A stretch of 64,000 nt of DNA from positions 3,636-67,635 of the forward strand of contig CBDUZO010000008.1 in assembly GCA_965371725.1 (NCBI GenBank), in the 5' to 3' direction. The notes under the pieces are model-generated. The model did no database searches. It had not been told where the DNA came from and saw nothing but the letters and a program-made list of their open reading frames with translations. Below are positions 37,522 through 47,087 of this stretch, piece after piece. Position 1 is the stretch's first letter. Every line of letters begins with the position of its first letter. The DNA comes from an uncultured Phycisphaerales bacterium (lineage in GTDB: Bacteria > Planctomycetota > Phycisphaerae > UBA1845). A program made the position numbers and the translations under genes.

Positions 37522-38076
37522 CGCCGTCGAATCGACTCTTCGAATCGAGGAGACATCTGTGCGGCTGAGCACGGCCCTCTTCCCTGCGGGCATGGCGAAG
37601 CGCGCAAGGCGATCACAGCTGGGCGGCATGGTGCGTCCTCGGGACATGACAGCCCCAGGGACACTCGGTGACACCGTCGCTGCGACCGGGGTTGAGCGTA
37701 AGTACCGCGCCCGCTCGGTCCCGCCTCGGCTGATCTTCGACATCGTGTACCTCCAAGCCCATTATCAGGGATTGGAGGTCGCGAAAACAAGATGGGGTTA
37801 GTAAGGCGCTTACGAACGAGGGTGAAGTAGGATTCGCTGGTGAGTTTGGTGCAACGGACACGTCTGTCCGGCTGTGTCGGTGACAACGTTGCCTACGCGG
37901 AGTGCGGAGTATGGAATTACGATGCCACGACTCAGGACTCGAACCAGGTACGGATTCTGGGCGGTGTTGGCGCTGTTCCCGGCGTCGGAGTCAGGGCGTC
38001 CCATTCCCCGGCGGACGCGGATCGGCACCCTCGGCCCCGGCCAGCGCAGGGAGAAACTCGATGCCTGCTGCCTCGT

Positions 38077-38104
38077 TTGCACGGGTCGCCCACGTCTGCA
38101 TAAT
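38077..38104 (+). promoter_or_regulatory. Putative sigma-70-type promoter of the MerR/DISARM-like operon
   Basis: TTGCAC (38077-38082), a 16-nt spacer, then CATAAT (38099-38104). A GGAG and then GTG 38128 follow. Confidence 0.4.
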
Positions 38105-38127
38105 GATGCGGCAGGAGTGGTTCCGGC

Positions 38128-38370
38128 GTGGCGAAAATCAGTGACTATCTGACGATCGGCGAGGCGGCGGCATACCTGGGAGTTCACCCGGATAGTCTGC
38201 GCCGCTGGGACAGAGCCGGAAAGCTGGAGCCGCGTCGGCATCCGATCAACAACTTTCGACTCTATCTGAACCGCGACCTGGACCGGCTCCTCCCCCAGAT
38301 CGGCGCAGTCGGGTCTGCCGACGACGACTCCAAGAGCGCCAAGCGGAAGCGGCCCCGGCGGAAGCGATAG
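38128..38370 (+). CDS. MerR-family/excisionase-like HTH DNA-binding protein
   Basis: GTG start. (M)AKISDYLTIGEAAAYLGVHPDSLRRWDRAGKLEPRRHPINNFRLY is a classic MerR-type HTH. Basic tail KSAKRKRPRRKR. Confidence 0.8.
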   Translation: MAKISDYLTIGEAAAYLGVHPDSLRRWDRAGKLEPRRHPINNFRLYLNRDLDRLLPQIGAVGSADDDSKSAKRKRPRRKR

Positions 38371-38399
38371 ATGTTGCTGTACGACGGAGCGAACGGACT

Positions 38400-41300
38400 A
38401 TGGATGTATTCGATCTTCGGGAACGGCTCGTCAACGACTACGCCTCGTACGTTCGGAGCTTCATCAACATCCGCGACGAGCGGATCGGCGAGACGGTGGA
38501 GCGTAAGCTCCGGGAAGGCGCTCTTTGGCCGGACCCGCTCATTCAGTTAAATCCAGCCTTTGAGCCGGGGGCATCCATCCCAGAGGTCGTATCGCGCAAA
38601 CTGCTTCATGAGGAATGCAACAAGATCTTTGCGATCAAGGGCGACACCGCAGATAAGCCAGCCCAGCCGCTCCAACTGTACCGACATCAATTGGATGCCA
38701 TCGAGGCGGCCCACACACAGGACAGCTACGTTCTGACCACCGGAACCGGATCGGGCAAGAGCCTCGCGTACATCATCCCCATCGTCGACTTCGTCCTTCG
38801 GCACGGGTCAGGGAAAGGGATCAAGGCCATCGTCGTCTACCCGATGAACGCCTTGGCCAACAGCCAGCACCAGGAGTTGCACAAGTTCATCAACCTCGGA
38901 TATCCCGACCTCAAGGGGCCGGTGCGATTCGCCCGGTTTACGGGGCAGGAGTCGGAGGACGAACGCCACGAGATCAGGGGCAATCCCCCCGACATCTTGC
39001 TGACCAACTATGTCATGCTGGAGCTGCTGCTCACCCGTCCGTACGACCGCAGACTGATCGAAATGGCCAGGGGACTCAAGTTCCTGGTCTTTGACGAACT
39101 TCACACCTATCGCGGTCGTCAAGGCGCTGATGTGGCCATGCTCATTCGGCGCGTTCGGGAGGCTTGCCATGCTACGGACCTCCAGTGCATCGGAACCAGC
39201 GCCACTCTGTCCAGCAAGGGATCGAAGGCCGACCAGCGGCGGATCATCGCGGAGATGGCCACCCGGCTGTTCGGGGCGACGGTGAAGCCGGAGCGAATCA
39301 TTGGAGAAACTCTCCGCCGCGCAACGGACGAGATCGACACGGGTGACGCCGCAGAGATCGCCGCACTCAAGTCGAACGTGGACAACGGCGCGGAGGATGT
39401 GCCGAGGGCATTCGATCAGTTCATCAAGTACCCGCTCGCCCGCTGGATCGAGACGACCCTTGGCTTGACCCGCGACGATGAAGGAAATCTGGCCAGGGCC
39501 ACGCCTCGCCGGATAAGGGGAAAGGGCAGCGCCTCCGAGGAGCTGGCAAGACTGCTCGGCACCGATGACGCAGACGCCTGCGCAGGTGCGATCCAGAAGT
39601 GCCTGTTGGCCGGATACGACTGTGAACGGCCGGACAATCGAATGCCGACATTCGCCTTCCGTGTCCACCAGTTCATCTCTCGTGGAGACAGTGCCTACGC
39701 CTCCATCGAGGAGACCCAGGATCGCCATATCACGATTCGAGGGCAGCAGTTTGTGCCGGGCGACCGGAGCAGGATTCTTGTGCCGCTAGGTTTCTGCCGG
39801 GAATGTGGCCAGGAATACTACCTCGTTGATCGTTACCGAGAATCGGACGACGGACCACTCCGGTATCGTGGTCGGGAATTGTCGGATAGGGGCGATGATG
39901 ACAACAGCACGGCAGGATTCCTGTATGTGAACGACGACAACCCGTGGCCGGACGAACAGGACGACAAGTTTTTCGAGAGCATCCCGGAAGATTGGATCGA
40001 GCCAGGCCGCGACGGCAAGCCGAGAGTGAAGCGGGATCGCCGCAAGATGCTCCCGAAAGCCGTAAGCGCGAACAAGCTGGGCGTCGAGACGCCGGATGGA
40101 AAGCGGATGCACTTCGTTGTTGCTCCCTTTCGCTTCTGCCTCAACTGCGGCGTTGCCTATGCCGGTCGGCAATCCGACTACGGGAAGCTGGCCACGCTGG
40201 CTAGCGGTGGAAGAAGCACCGCGACCACGACGCTCTGCCTCTCCACGATACGTTGGCTGCGGGAGGACGGCACGCTCCCAGCTCATGCAAGGAAGGTGTT
40301 GAGCTTCACGGACAATCGCCAGGACGCCTCGCTGCAAGCGGGACACTTCAACGACTTCATCGAGATGGGGTTGCTGAGATCGGGCCTTTACAGCGCCGCC
40401 CTCGCCGCCGGCTCCGACGGCCTCGAACACAGTGAGTTGGCGCAGCGCGTGTTTGACATCTTGAAGCTCGATCCTGAGCAGTATTCATCGAACCCGGAGG
40501 CGAAGTTCGCGGCCAGAAATCGAACAGACTCGGCCCTCAAGAAAGTCCTCGGCTATCGTCTCTACCGCGACCTTCAACGCGGCTGGCGCATCACATCGCC
40601 GAACCTTGAGCAATGTGGGCTTCTGGAGATTCGATATGAGGCGATGGACGACATCGCCAAGGCGGACGGACTTTGGCAAGGGCGTCATCAGGCTCTCGCC
40701 ACGGCCAGCCCCGAAGAACGTCGCGTCGTCTGCAAGACCCTGTTGGACTACATGCGCCGCGAGCTGGCCATCAAGGTCGATTACCTCAACTACGAGTATC
40801 AGGAACGGCTCAAGCTGGAGAGCAGCCAGCAGTTGATCTCGCCGTGGTGCATCGACGAAAACGAACGGCCCTTTAGCGCACGAACGATGCGCATCGGCTC
40901 TCGTCAGCCGGGCGACTCCGAAAACGACCGGTATCTATCGCCGCGCGGCGGGTTCGGCCAATTCCTTCGTCGCGGAAGCACGTTCTCCGATTACACCCAG
41001 CCAGCCAAACAGAAGCTGGACAATTCGCTGGCAATTCTCAACGACCTGGTGGCGGCGCTGACAGAGGCGGGCCTGATCGAGCAGACAGCGCATGGCGAGA
41101 GACCGGGATTCCAACTCCAGGCATCGAGCATGAGATGGGTCGCCGGTGATGGCACTCGGCCGTCCCACGATCTGATCCGCGTTCCTCGGCTATCGCAAGA
41201 GGGTGGCCAGACCAATCAGTTCTTCATCAATTACTACAAGACGATGGGGCTGAACAACAGCGACCTCTGCGCCCGTGAACACACCGCAGCAGTGAGACAT

Positions 41301-43571
41301 GAGGACCGGGAGGACCGCGAGGCAGACTTCCGTACCGCCAAGCTGCCGCTGCTGTTCTGCTCGCCGACGATGGAGTTGGGTGTAGACATCTCTCAACTCA
41401 ACGCGGTCAACCTTCGCAACATCCCGCCGACGCCAGCTAACTACGCCCAGCGCAGCGGGCGGGCGGGGCGAAGCGGGCAACCCGCCTTGGTATTCGCCTA
41501 CTGCACCACAGGTTCGCCACACGATCAGTATTTCTTCGGCCACCCGGAATTCATGGTGGCCGGAGCAGTGAGTCCGCCACGTCTCGATCTGGCAAACGAA
41601 GACCTTGTGAGGGCTCATGTTCATGCCGTATGGCTCGCGCAGACGGGGGCGTCCCTGGAGAAATCGGTCAGTGAGATTCTCGACCTGAACGGGAATCCAC
41701 CCTCGCTCGCCTTGCTGGAAAGCAAGCAAGCCGATCTCGGCAAGGAGGATGCGAGGGGGATGGCCAGGCAGCGGGCAGAGGCCATCCTCAGTGGGATACG
41801 GCCCGAGCTTGAGAGCGGCGGCTGGTGGACTGACGACTGGATCGACATCACGCTCAACGGCGTCATGGGACAATTTGATGCTGCGTGTGAGAGATGGCGA
41901 AGTCTCTATCGCTCCGCTCGGCACCAGCACGACACACAACATCGAATCAAGCAGGACCACTCGCGTTCGGCCAGAGACAAAGAGCAGGCGTCCCGTCTGT
42001 ACCGGGAAGCCGAGAATCAGTTGCACCTGCTCACCGAGGCCAGGAGCGCGGTCCAGGACGACTTCTACAGCTACCGGTATTTTGCCAGCGAAGGATTCTT
42101 GCCCGGCTACAGCTTCCCGCGCCTTCCGCTGTCGGCCTTCATTCCCGGCCGGAGATTGCGAAACGACCGGGACGAGTTCCTGTCGCGCGCTCGCTTTCTG
42201 GCGATCTCGGAGTTCGGCCCGCGTGCGCTGATCTACCATGAGGGCGTTCGCTATCGAGTAGTGCAGGTACTTCTGCCGGCCAGCGACAAGAACGAACGCG
42301 GCCTGGACACGATCACGGCCAAACAGTGCCAATACTGCGGCTATCTCCACACCGATTCGGGCGAAGGGTCGAACCACGACCTGTGCGAACGCTGCGACAG
42401 CGAACTGGGAACTGCCATGACCTCCCTGTTCCGGCTCAGAAATGTCTCCACGCGGCGCATCGACCGGATCAACTCGGACGAGGAAGAGCGCCAGCGCATG
42501 GGGTTCGAGTTGGCCACCGGTGTCAGATTCGTGGAGCGTGGCGGTCGAGCGGCCTGCATCAACGCCGAAATATCCACCGACGGCGACAGAGTTGCCCTCC
42601 TGTCCTATGGCCACGCCGCCAACATCTGGCGAATCAACCGGGGATGGCGTCGCCGCAAGGACAAGCACATCTTCGGATTCAACCTCGACACTGAGCGAGG
42701 GTATTGGGCCAAGAACAACGATGACGCCAACGATGACGACGACCCGATGAGCGCCTCCGTCCAGCGGGTCGTCCCGTTCGTTGAGGATCATCGCAACGTT
42801 CTCCTTTTGGAGCCGGAGGGCGAGAAGAACCTCCGATTCATGGCGTCGCTCCAGGCCGCACTCAAGACGGCCATCCAGATCATCTATCAGCTGGAGGACA
42901 GCGAGCTGGCCGTTGAGCCCCTGCCGCGTGACGACGAGCGGCGATTGCTCTTGATTTACGAAGCTGCCGAAGGCGGAGCCGGGGTGCTGCGGCGTTTGGT
43001 GGACGAACCCAACGCCATGAGCGAGGTGGCTCACAAGGCGCTGGAACTTCTGCACTTTAACCCGGAAACCGGGGTGGACCGAAGCGAAGGCGAGGATCGC
43101 TGCGAGTCGGCGTGCTACGACTGCCTGATGGGATACTACAACCAGCGCGACCACAAGTTCCTCGACCGGATGCTGGTCAAGGATTACCTGCTCCGAATGG
43201 CCGGCTCGGTTGTCAAAGCCTCGTCCGGCGGTCAGTCACGGTCCGAGCAGTATCAGCGCCTCGTGAATCTCACGGATTCGAACTTGGAGAGAGGCTTCCT
43301 GAAACACATCTATGACGGGGAATACCGCCTGCCGAGTGACGCGCAGCGCATGTTCGATCAATGCCACACACGACCGGATTTCATCTATGACGAGCAGCGC
43401 ACGGTCGTCTATATCGACGGCCCTCATCACCAGTACCCCCAGCGCGCACAACGTGATGCGCAGCAGACGGAAGACCTGGAGGACTTGGGCTGGACCGTCA
43501 TCCGAATCGACGACGACGATTGGGACGCTGTCGTGAGCAAGCACCCCAACATCTTCGGAGGTGGAAAATGA
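38400..43571 (+). CDS. 1723-aa DEAD/DEAH helicase with a DUF1998 (MrfA-type Zn-binding) region and a C-terminal PD-(D/E)xK (DUF559/MTES_1575-like) nuclease domain; equivalent to a fused DrmA/DrmB
   Basis: Motif I TTGTGSGKS, motif II VFDELHTYRG, SFTDNRQDASLQ, motifs V-VI SPTMELGVDI...NYAQRSGRAGRSG. Cys clusters CRECGQEY / CLNCG / CQYCGY...CERCD, and CESACYDCLMGYYNQRDHKFLDR (DUF1998 hallmark). The terminal RPDFIYDEQRTVVYIDGPHHQYPQ...DLEDLGWTVIRI is the nuclease domain. Confidence 0.85.
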   Translation: MDVFDLRERLVNDYASYVRSFINIRDERIGETVERKLREGALWPDPLIQLNPAFEPGASIPEVVSRKLLHEECNKIFAIKGDTADKPAQPLQLYRHQLDAIEAAHTQDSYVLTTGTGSGKSLAYIIPIVDFVLRHGSGKGIKAIVVYPMNALANSQHQELHKFINLGYPDLKGPVRFARFTGQESEDERHEIRGNPPDILLTNYVMLELLLTRPYDRRLIEMARGLKFLVFDELHTYRGRQGADVAMLIRRVREACHATDLQCIGTSATLSSKGSKADQRRIIAEMATRLFGATVKPERIIGETLRRATDEIDTGDAAEIAALKSNVDNGAEDVPRAFDQFIKYPLARWIETTLGLTRDDEGNLARATPRRIRGKGSASEELARLLGTDDADACAGAIQKCLLAGYDCERPDNRMPTFAFRVHQFISRGDSAYASIEETQDRHITIRGQQFVPGDRSRILVPLGFCRECGQEYYLVDRYRESDDGPLRYRGRELSDRGDDDNSTAGFLYVNDDNPWPDEQDDKFFESIPEDWIEPGRDGKPRVKRDRRKMLPKAVSANKLGVETPDGKRMHFVVAPFRFCLNCGVAYAGRQSDYGKLATLASGGRSTATTTLCLSTIRWLREDGTLPAHARKVLSFTDNRQDASLQAGHFNDFIEMGLLRSGLYSAALAAGSDGLEHSELAQRVFDILKLDPEQYSSNPEAKFAARNRTDSALKKVLGYRLYRDLQRGWRITSPNLEQCGLLEIRYEAMDDIAKADGLWQGRHQALATASPEERRVVCKTLLDYMRRELAIKVDYLNYEYQERLKLESSQQLISPWCIDENERPFSARTMRIGSRQPGDSENDRYLSPRGGFGQFLRRGSTFSDYTQPAKQKLDNSLAILNDLVAALTEAGLIEQTAHGERPGFQLQASSMRWVAGDGTRPSHDLIRVPRLSQEGGQTNQFFINYYKTMGLNNSDLCAREHTAAVRHEDREDREADFRTAKLPLLFCSPTMELGVDISQLNAVNLRNIPPTPANYAQRSGRAGRSGQPALVFAYCTTGSPHDQYFFGHPEFMVAGAVSPPRLDLANEDLVRAHVHAVWLAQTGASLEKSVSEILDLNGNPPSLALLESKQADLGKEDARGMARQRAEAILSGIRPELESGGWWTDDWIDITLNGVMGQFDAACERWRSLYRSARHQHDTQHRIKQDHSRSARDKEQASRLYREAENQLHLLTEARSAVQDDFYSYRYFASEGFLPGYSFPRLPLSAFIPGRRLRNDRDEFLSRARFLAISEFGPRALIYHEGVRYRVVQVLLPASDKNERGLDTITAKQCQYCGYLHTDSGEGSNHDLCERCDSELGTAMTSLFRLRNVSTRRIDRINSDEEERQRMGFELATGVRFVERGGRAACINAEISTDGDRVALLSYGHAANIWRINRGWRRRKDKHIFGFNLDTERGYWAKNNDDANDDDDPMSASVQRVVPFVEDHRNVLLLEPEGEKNLRFMASLQAALKTAIQIIYQLEDSELAVEPLPRDDERRLLLIYEAAEGGAGVLRRLVDEPNAMSEVAHKALELLHFNPETGVDRSEGEDRCESACYDCLMGYYNQRDHKFLDRMLVKDYLLRMAGSVVKASSGGQSRSEQYQRLVNLTDSNLERGFLKHIYDGEYRLPSDAQRMFDQCHTRPDFIYDEQRTVVYIDGPHHQYPQRAQRDAQQTEDLEDLGWTVIRIDDDDWDAVVSKHPNIFGGGK

Positions 43572-46408
43572 GTCACGCCGTCGGCTCCTTGGTGAAGTGC
43601 CGTGGGCGCGAGTGGGTCGTCCTGCCGGATGCGGGCGATGATCCCGACCTCCTCATGCTCCGCCCACTCGGCGGCACCGAAGACGAAGTATGCGGCATCT
43701 ACCTTCCACTGGAATCCGTGGAGCCAGCTTCGTTCGACCTGCCCGATCCAACTGCTGTCGGTGACCACCTTTCATGTCGATTGCTGCGGGATGCCGTTCG
43801 CTTGGGATTTCGAGCGAGTGCTGGCCCCTTCCGCTCCTTCGGGAAGATCGCCTGCGAGCCTCGCCCTTATCAGCTTGTGCCATTGATGATGGCCCTCCGG
43901 CTCGATCCTGTGAGGATTCTGATCGCCGACGACGTCGGCATCGGGAAGACTGTTGAGGCGTGTCTCATCGCACGAGAGCTTCTCGACCGCGGTGAGGAGA
44001 CGCGTCTTGCCGTCCTCTGTCCGCCGCATCTCGCGGAGTGGTGGCAAGGGGAACTGAGGGACAAGTTCCACGTCGAGGCGGAGTTGGTGTTATCCAGCAC
44101 CGTAAGCCGGTTGGAAAGACAATGCGGAATGGGCCAATCATTGTTCGACGTATTCCCGTTCGTGATCGTCTCGACGGATTACATCAAGTCCAGCAGGCGC
44201 CGGGATGAGTTCCTCCGAACATGTCCCAAGCTGGTAATCGTGGATGAGGCCCACACCTGTGCGGCCACCCATGGCAACCGGGGCAGCAAGCATCACCGAC
44301 ATGAGCTTATGAAGGGGCTGTCCAACGACCCGCACCGGAACCTAATCCTGGTAACCGCCACGCCTCATAGTGGGATCGAGTCGAGTTTCCGATCCTTGCT
44401 AAGTTTGCTGGATCGACGGTTCGCCGGTCTGCCGGACGACCTCTCCGGCAAGGAGAATGAGCGTCATCGCCGCCAGCTCGCGGCTCATCTCCTCCAACGT
44501 CAGCGAGGTGACATCGAGACCTACCTGGACGACACGCCCTTCCCGCAGCGGAAAGAGAAGGAAGAGACCTACAACCTGACGCCTCAGTACAAGACGCTCT
44601 TTGACAAGGTCCTCAAATACGTTCGGGAGCGGATCCGCGATACGACTGGCGACGTCCCAAAGTACCGTCAGCGTGTGCGATGGTGGGCGTCTCTGGCTCT
44701 CCTTCGTGCTATCGCCAGCAGTCCGGCAGCAGCAGCGGCGACTCTCCGGACGAAGGCTGCCGGGACGGACACGGAGGATGAGGCCGAAGCGGATGACCTG
44801 GGTCGCCGCTCCGTCATGGACCTGGACATTGATGAGGAAGGCGATATCACCGACACGGTTCCAGGTGCCGACAGCTACGAAGATGATGACGCAGAAACCT
44901 CCTCCCAGCGCCGCCGTCTCCGGGAAATGGCGAGGCTGGCTGACAGTCTCTGCGGCGACAAGGATGCGAAGCTGACGAAGATCAAGACGATCACGAAGTC
45001 CTTCCTGAAGGACGGTTTCAGCCCGATCATCTTCTGTAAGTTCATCGCCACGGCTGAGTATGTCGCCAAGGAGCTGCGCGCCGGTCTGAAAAAAACGGAG
45101 ATCGAATGGGTTACGGGCCAGCTACCACCGGAGGACCGTAAGCAGCGCGTAAGCGAACTCGGTAAGCGCAAGGCCGACGGCAAGCAGATCGTCCTTGTCA
45201 CCACTGACTGCCTTTCCGAGGGCGTCAACATGCAGGCCAACTTCGACGCCGTCATTCACTACGATCTTGCTTGGTCACCCACAAGACATGAGCAACGGGA
45301 CGGGCGCGTGGATCGGTATGGCCAGAAGAAAGACGAAGTCCGATCTCTGATGCTCTACGGTATTGACAACCAGATTGACGGAATCGTTCTGGAGGTCCTA
45401 ATCCGCAAGCACAAAACGATCCGCAACAGCCTGGGCATCTCAGTTCCTGTCCCAGCCAACTCCAACTCCGTTGTCGAGGCGCTGTTCGAGGGATTGCTAC
45501 TCCGCGAGAGCCAACCCGGACAGATGCTGTTTGAGGAGATCATGAAGACGTCGACTGAAGAACTCCACACCGACTGGGAAAACGCGAGCCAGCGGGAGGA
45601 AAAGAGTCGGACCCTTTTCGCTCAGCACACGCTCAAGCCCGACGACGTCACCCGTGAACTCGAGGAAGTCCGCAGCGCGGTCGGCGCCGCCGACACTGTC
45701 TCACGGTTCGTCAAAACAGCGGTCGAGAGCTACGGTGGCGCGGTGGTGTTCAAGAACGGATCCACTCATTTTGATCTTCGGGATGCACCCCGTGTTGTCC
45801 GGGATGCCTGCGGACTCGACGAGTCGAAGCCGCAGTTTACGGCCAAGTTCGAGCTCCCAGTCGATGAGGGCACCCTTTACCTGACCCGGACCCATCCGCT
45901 TGTGGAAGGGCTGGCCGCGCACGTGATGGACACGGCGCTCGATCCGGTGGCAGAAAGCACGGCCAAGCGGTGCGGCGTGATCTACTCGTCCGCCGTCGAG
46001 AAGCGAACCACGCTGCTGCTGTTGCGGCTGCGCTATCACATCATCACCAAGCGCAAGGACGCCGAGGACACGCAGCTTCTCGCCGAGGACTGCCGCCTGC
46101 TCGGTTTTCGGGGTGCGCCCAGCAAGGCCGATTGGATGACCGACACCGACGAGATGGAGAACCTCCTCCACGCCAAGCCTAGTCGCAACATCGACGGGGC
46201 GCAGGCCAGCGGCTTCGTGCAGAAGGTCATCGACGACTTCGATTCGCTCCGACCCCACTTGGAGGAGTACGCGGGGCAGCGCGGCGACGAGATTCTCGAA
46301 GCCCACAGGCGGGTCCGCGAAGCCACCCGGCTCACAGGCGTTAAATACGAGGTCGAACCGCAACTGCCCGTCGATGTGCTGGGCATCTACGTCTATCTGC
46401 CCACATAG
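43568..46408 (+). CDS. SNF2-family helicase (DrmD-like)
   Basis: ATG 43568 overlaps the upstream stop (ATGA). PRPYQLVPL..., motif I ILIADDVGIGKTVEA, motif II LVIVDEAHTCA, motif V LVTTDCLSEGVNMQ, motif VI SPTRHEQRDGRVDRYGQ. Confidence 0.88.
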   Translation: MSHAVGSLVKCRGREWVVLPDAGDDPDLLMLRPLGGTEDEVCGIYLPLESVEPASFDLPDPTAVGDHLSCRLLRDAVRLGFRASAGPFRSFGKIACEPRPYQLVPLMMALRLDPVRILIADDVGIGKTVEACLIARELLDRGEETRLAVLCPPHLAEWWQGELRDKFHVEAELVLSSTVSRLERQCGMGQSLFDVFPFVIVSTDYIKSSRRRDEFLRTCPKLVIVDEAHTCAATHGNRGSKHHRHELMKGLSNDPHRNLILVTATPHSGIESSFRSLLSLLDRRFAGLPDDLSGKENERHRRQLAAHLLQRQRGDIETYLDDTPFPQRKEKEETYNLTPQYKTLFDKVLKYVRERIRDTTGDVPKYRQRVRWWASLALLRAIASSPAAAAATLRTKAAGTDTEDEAEADDLGRRSVMDLDIDEEGDITDTVPGADSYEDDDAETSSQRRRLREMARLADSLCGDKDAKLTKIKTITKSFLKDGFSPIIFCKFIATAEYVAKELRAGLKKTEIEWVTGQLPPEDRKQRVSELGKRKADGKQIVLVTTDCLSEGVNMQANFDAVIHYDLAWSPTRHEQRDGRVDRYGQKKDEVRSLMLYGIDNQIDGIVLEVLIRKHKTIRNSLGISVPVPANSNSVVEALFEGLLLRESQPGQMLFEEIMKTSTEELHTDWENASQREEKSRTLFAQHTLKPDDVTRELEEVRSAVGAADTVSRFVKTAVESYGGAVVFKNGSTHFDLRDAPRVVRDACGLDESKPQFTAKFELPVDEGTLYLTRTHPLVEGLAAHVMDTALDPVAESTAKRCGVIYSSAVEKRTTLLLLRLRYHIITKRKDAEDTQLLAEDCRLLGFRGAPSKADWMTDTDEMENLLHAKPSRNIDGAQASGFVQKVIDDFDSLRPHLEEYAGQRGDEILEAHRRVREATRLTGVKYEVEPQLPVDVLGIYVYLPT

Positions 46409-46497
46409 CAGGAGTCAGAGAGGCGAGGACCAGAGTGTAGGAAGGACATGAGCGTCAGGGTTGTCAACAACGGGATCGAATCTGGAGGGTAGGCAAG

Positions 46498-47073
46498 ATG
46501 CCACCGAAAAAACCCACAAGCGCGTCTGCTGAGATTGCCGAGCTGGAGATCACTCTACTCGAAAGCGATCCTCCGATTTGGCGGAGGTTTGGCGTCAGGT
46601 CTGACATCAGCCTTGCCAGACTCCACGATGTGATCCAGATCGTCATGGGCTGGACGGATTCCCATATGCATCAGTTCACCGATGCAGCCCGGAACCGATA
46701 CGGTACGCCCGTTCCCGACTTTGATGGGGAGGTTCGCGACGAGAGCCGAGTCAAGCTCCGTGACGTGGCAAAGAGGAAGGGTAGCCGTTTCGGGTACGAG
46801 TACGATTTTGGCGACGGCTGGATGCACGGCCTCAAACTCGTGAAAACAGGCCCACCGGAGCCCCGTAAGCGGTATCCGGTCTGCCTGGACGGGGCCATGG
46901 CCTGTCCCCCGGACGACTGCGGTGGTATCCCCGGCTATTACAATCTTCTCGAAGCGATGGATGATACGGAACACGAGGCGCATGAGGAGATGGTGGAATG
47001 GCTTGGACGTGACTTCAAACCGGAGAGATTCGACGTCAAGAAAGTCAACCGAGATCTGAAAGCACTGCGGTAA
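46498..47073 (+). CDS. Plasmid pRiA4b ORF-3-like (MM3350-like, PF07929) domain protein
   Basis: GGAGGG RBS. ...LEITLLESDPPIWRRFGVRSDISLARLHDVIQIVMGWTDSHMHQF...YEYDFGDGWMHGLKL...CLDGAMACPPDDCGGIPGY is the canonical PRiA4_ORF3 pattern. Confidence 0.8.
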   Translation: MPPKKPTSASAEIAELEITLLESDPPIWRRFGVRSDISLARLHDVIQIVMGWTDSHMHQFTDAARNRYGTPVPDFDGEVRDESRVKLRDVAKRKGSRFGYEYDFGDGWMHGLKLVKTGPPEPRKRYPVCLDGAMACPPDDCGGIPGYYNLLEAMDDTEHEAHEEMVEWLGRDFKPERFDVKKVNRDLKALR

Positions 47074-47087
47074 TCGTGCGGCGTTGA

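Noticed and set aside
37933-37943. GGTTCGAGTCC (minus strand) upstream of the DISARM-like operon, considered as a possible tRNA integration site
   Set aside because: The sequences flanking the loop are direct rather than inverted (CAGG...CCAGG), so no T-stem or acceptor stem can form.
41190-43154. The 654-aa minus-strand ORF, together with 38808-39728, 47250-47921 and 50535-51365, antisense to the helicase and methylase genes
   Set aside because: They are embedded in plus-strand genes with unambiguous helicase and methylase motifs. Their composition is typical of antisense frames in high-GC DNA.
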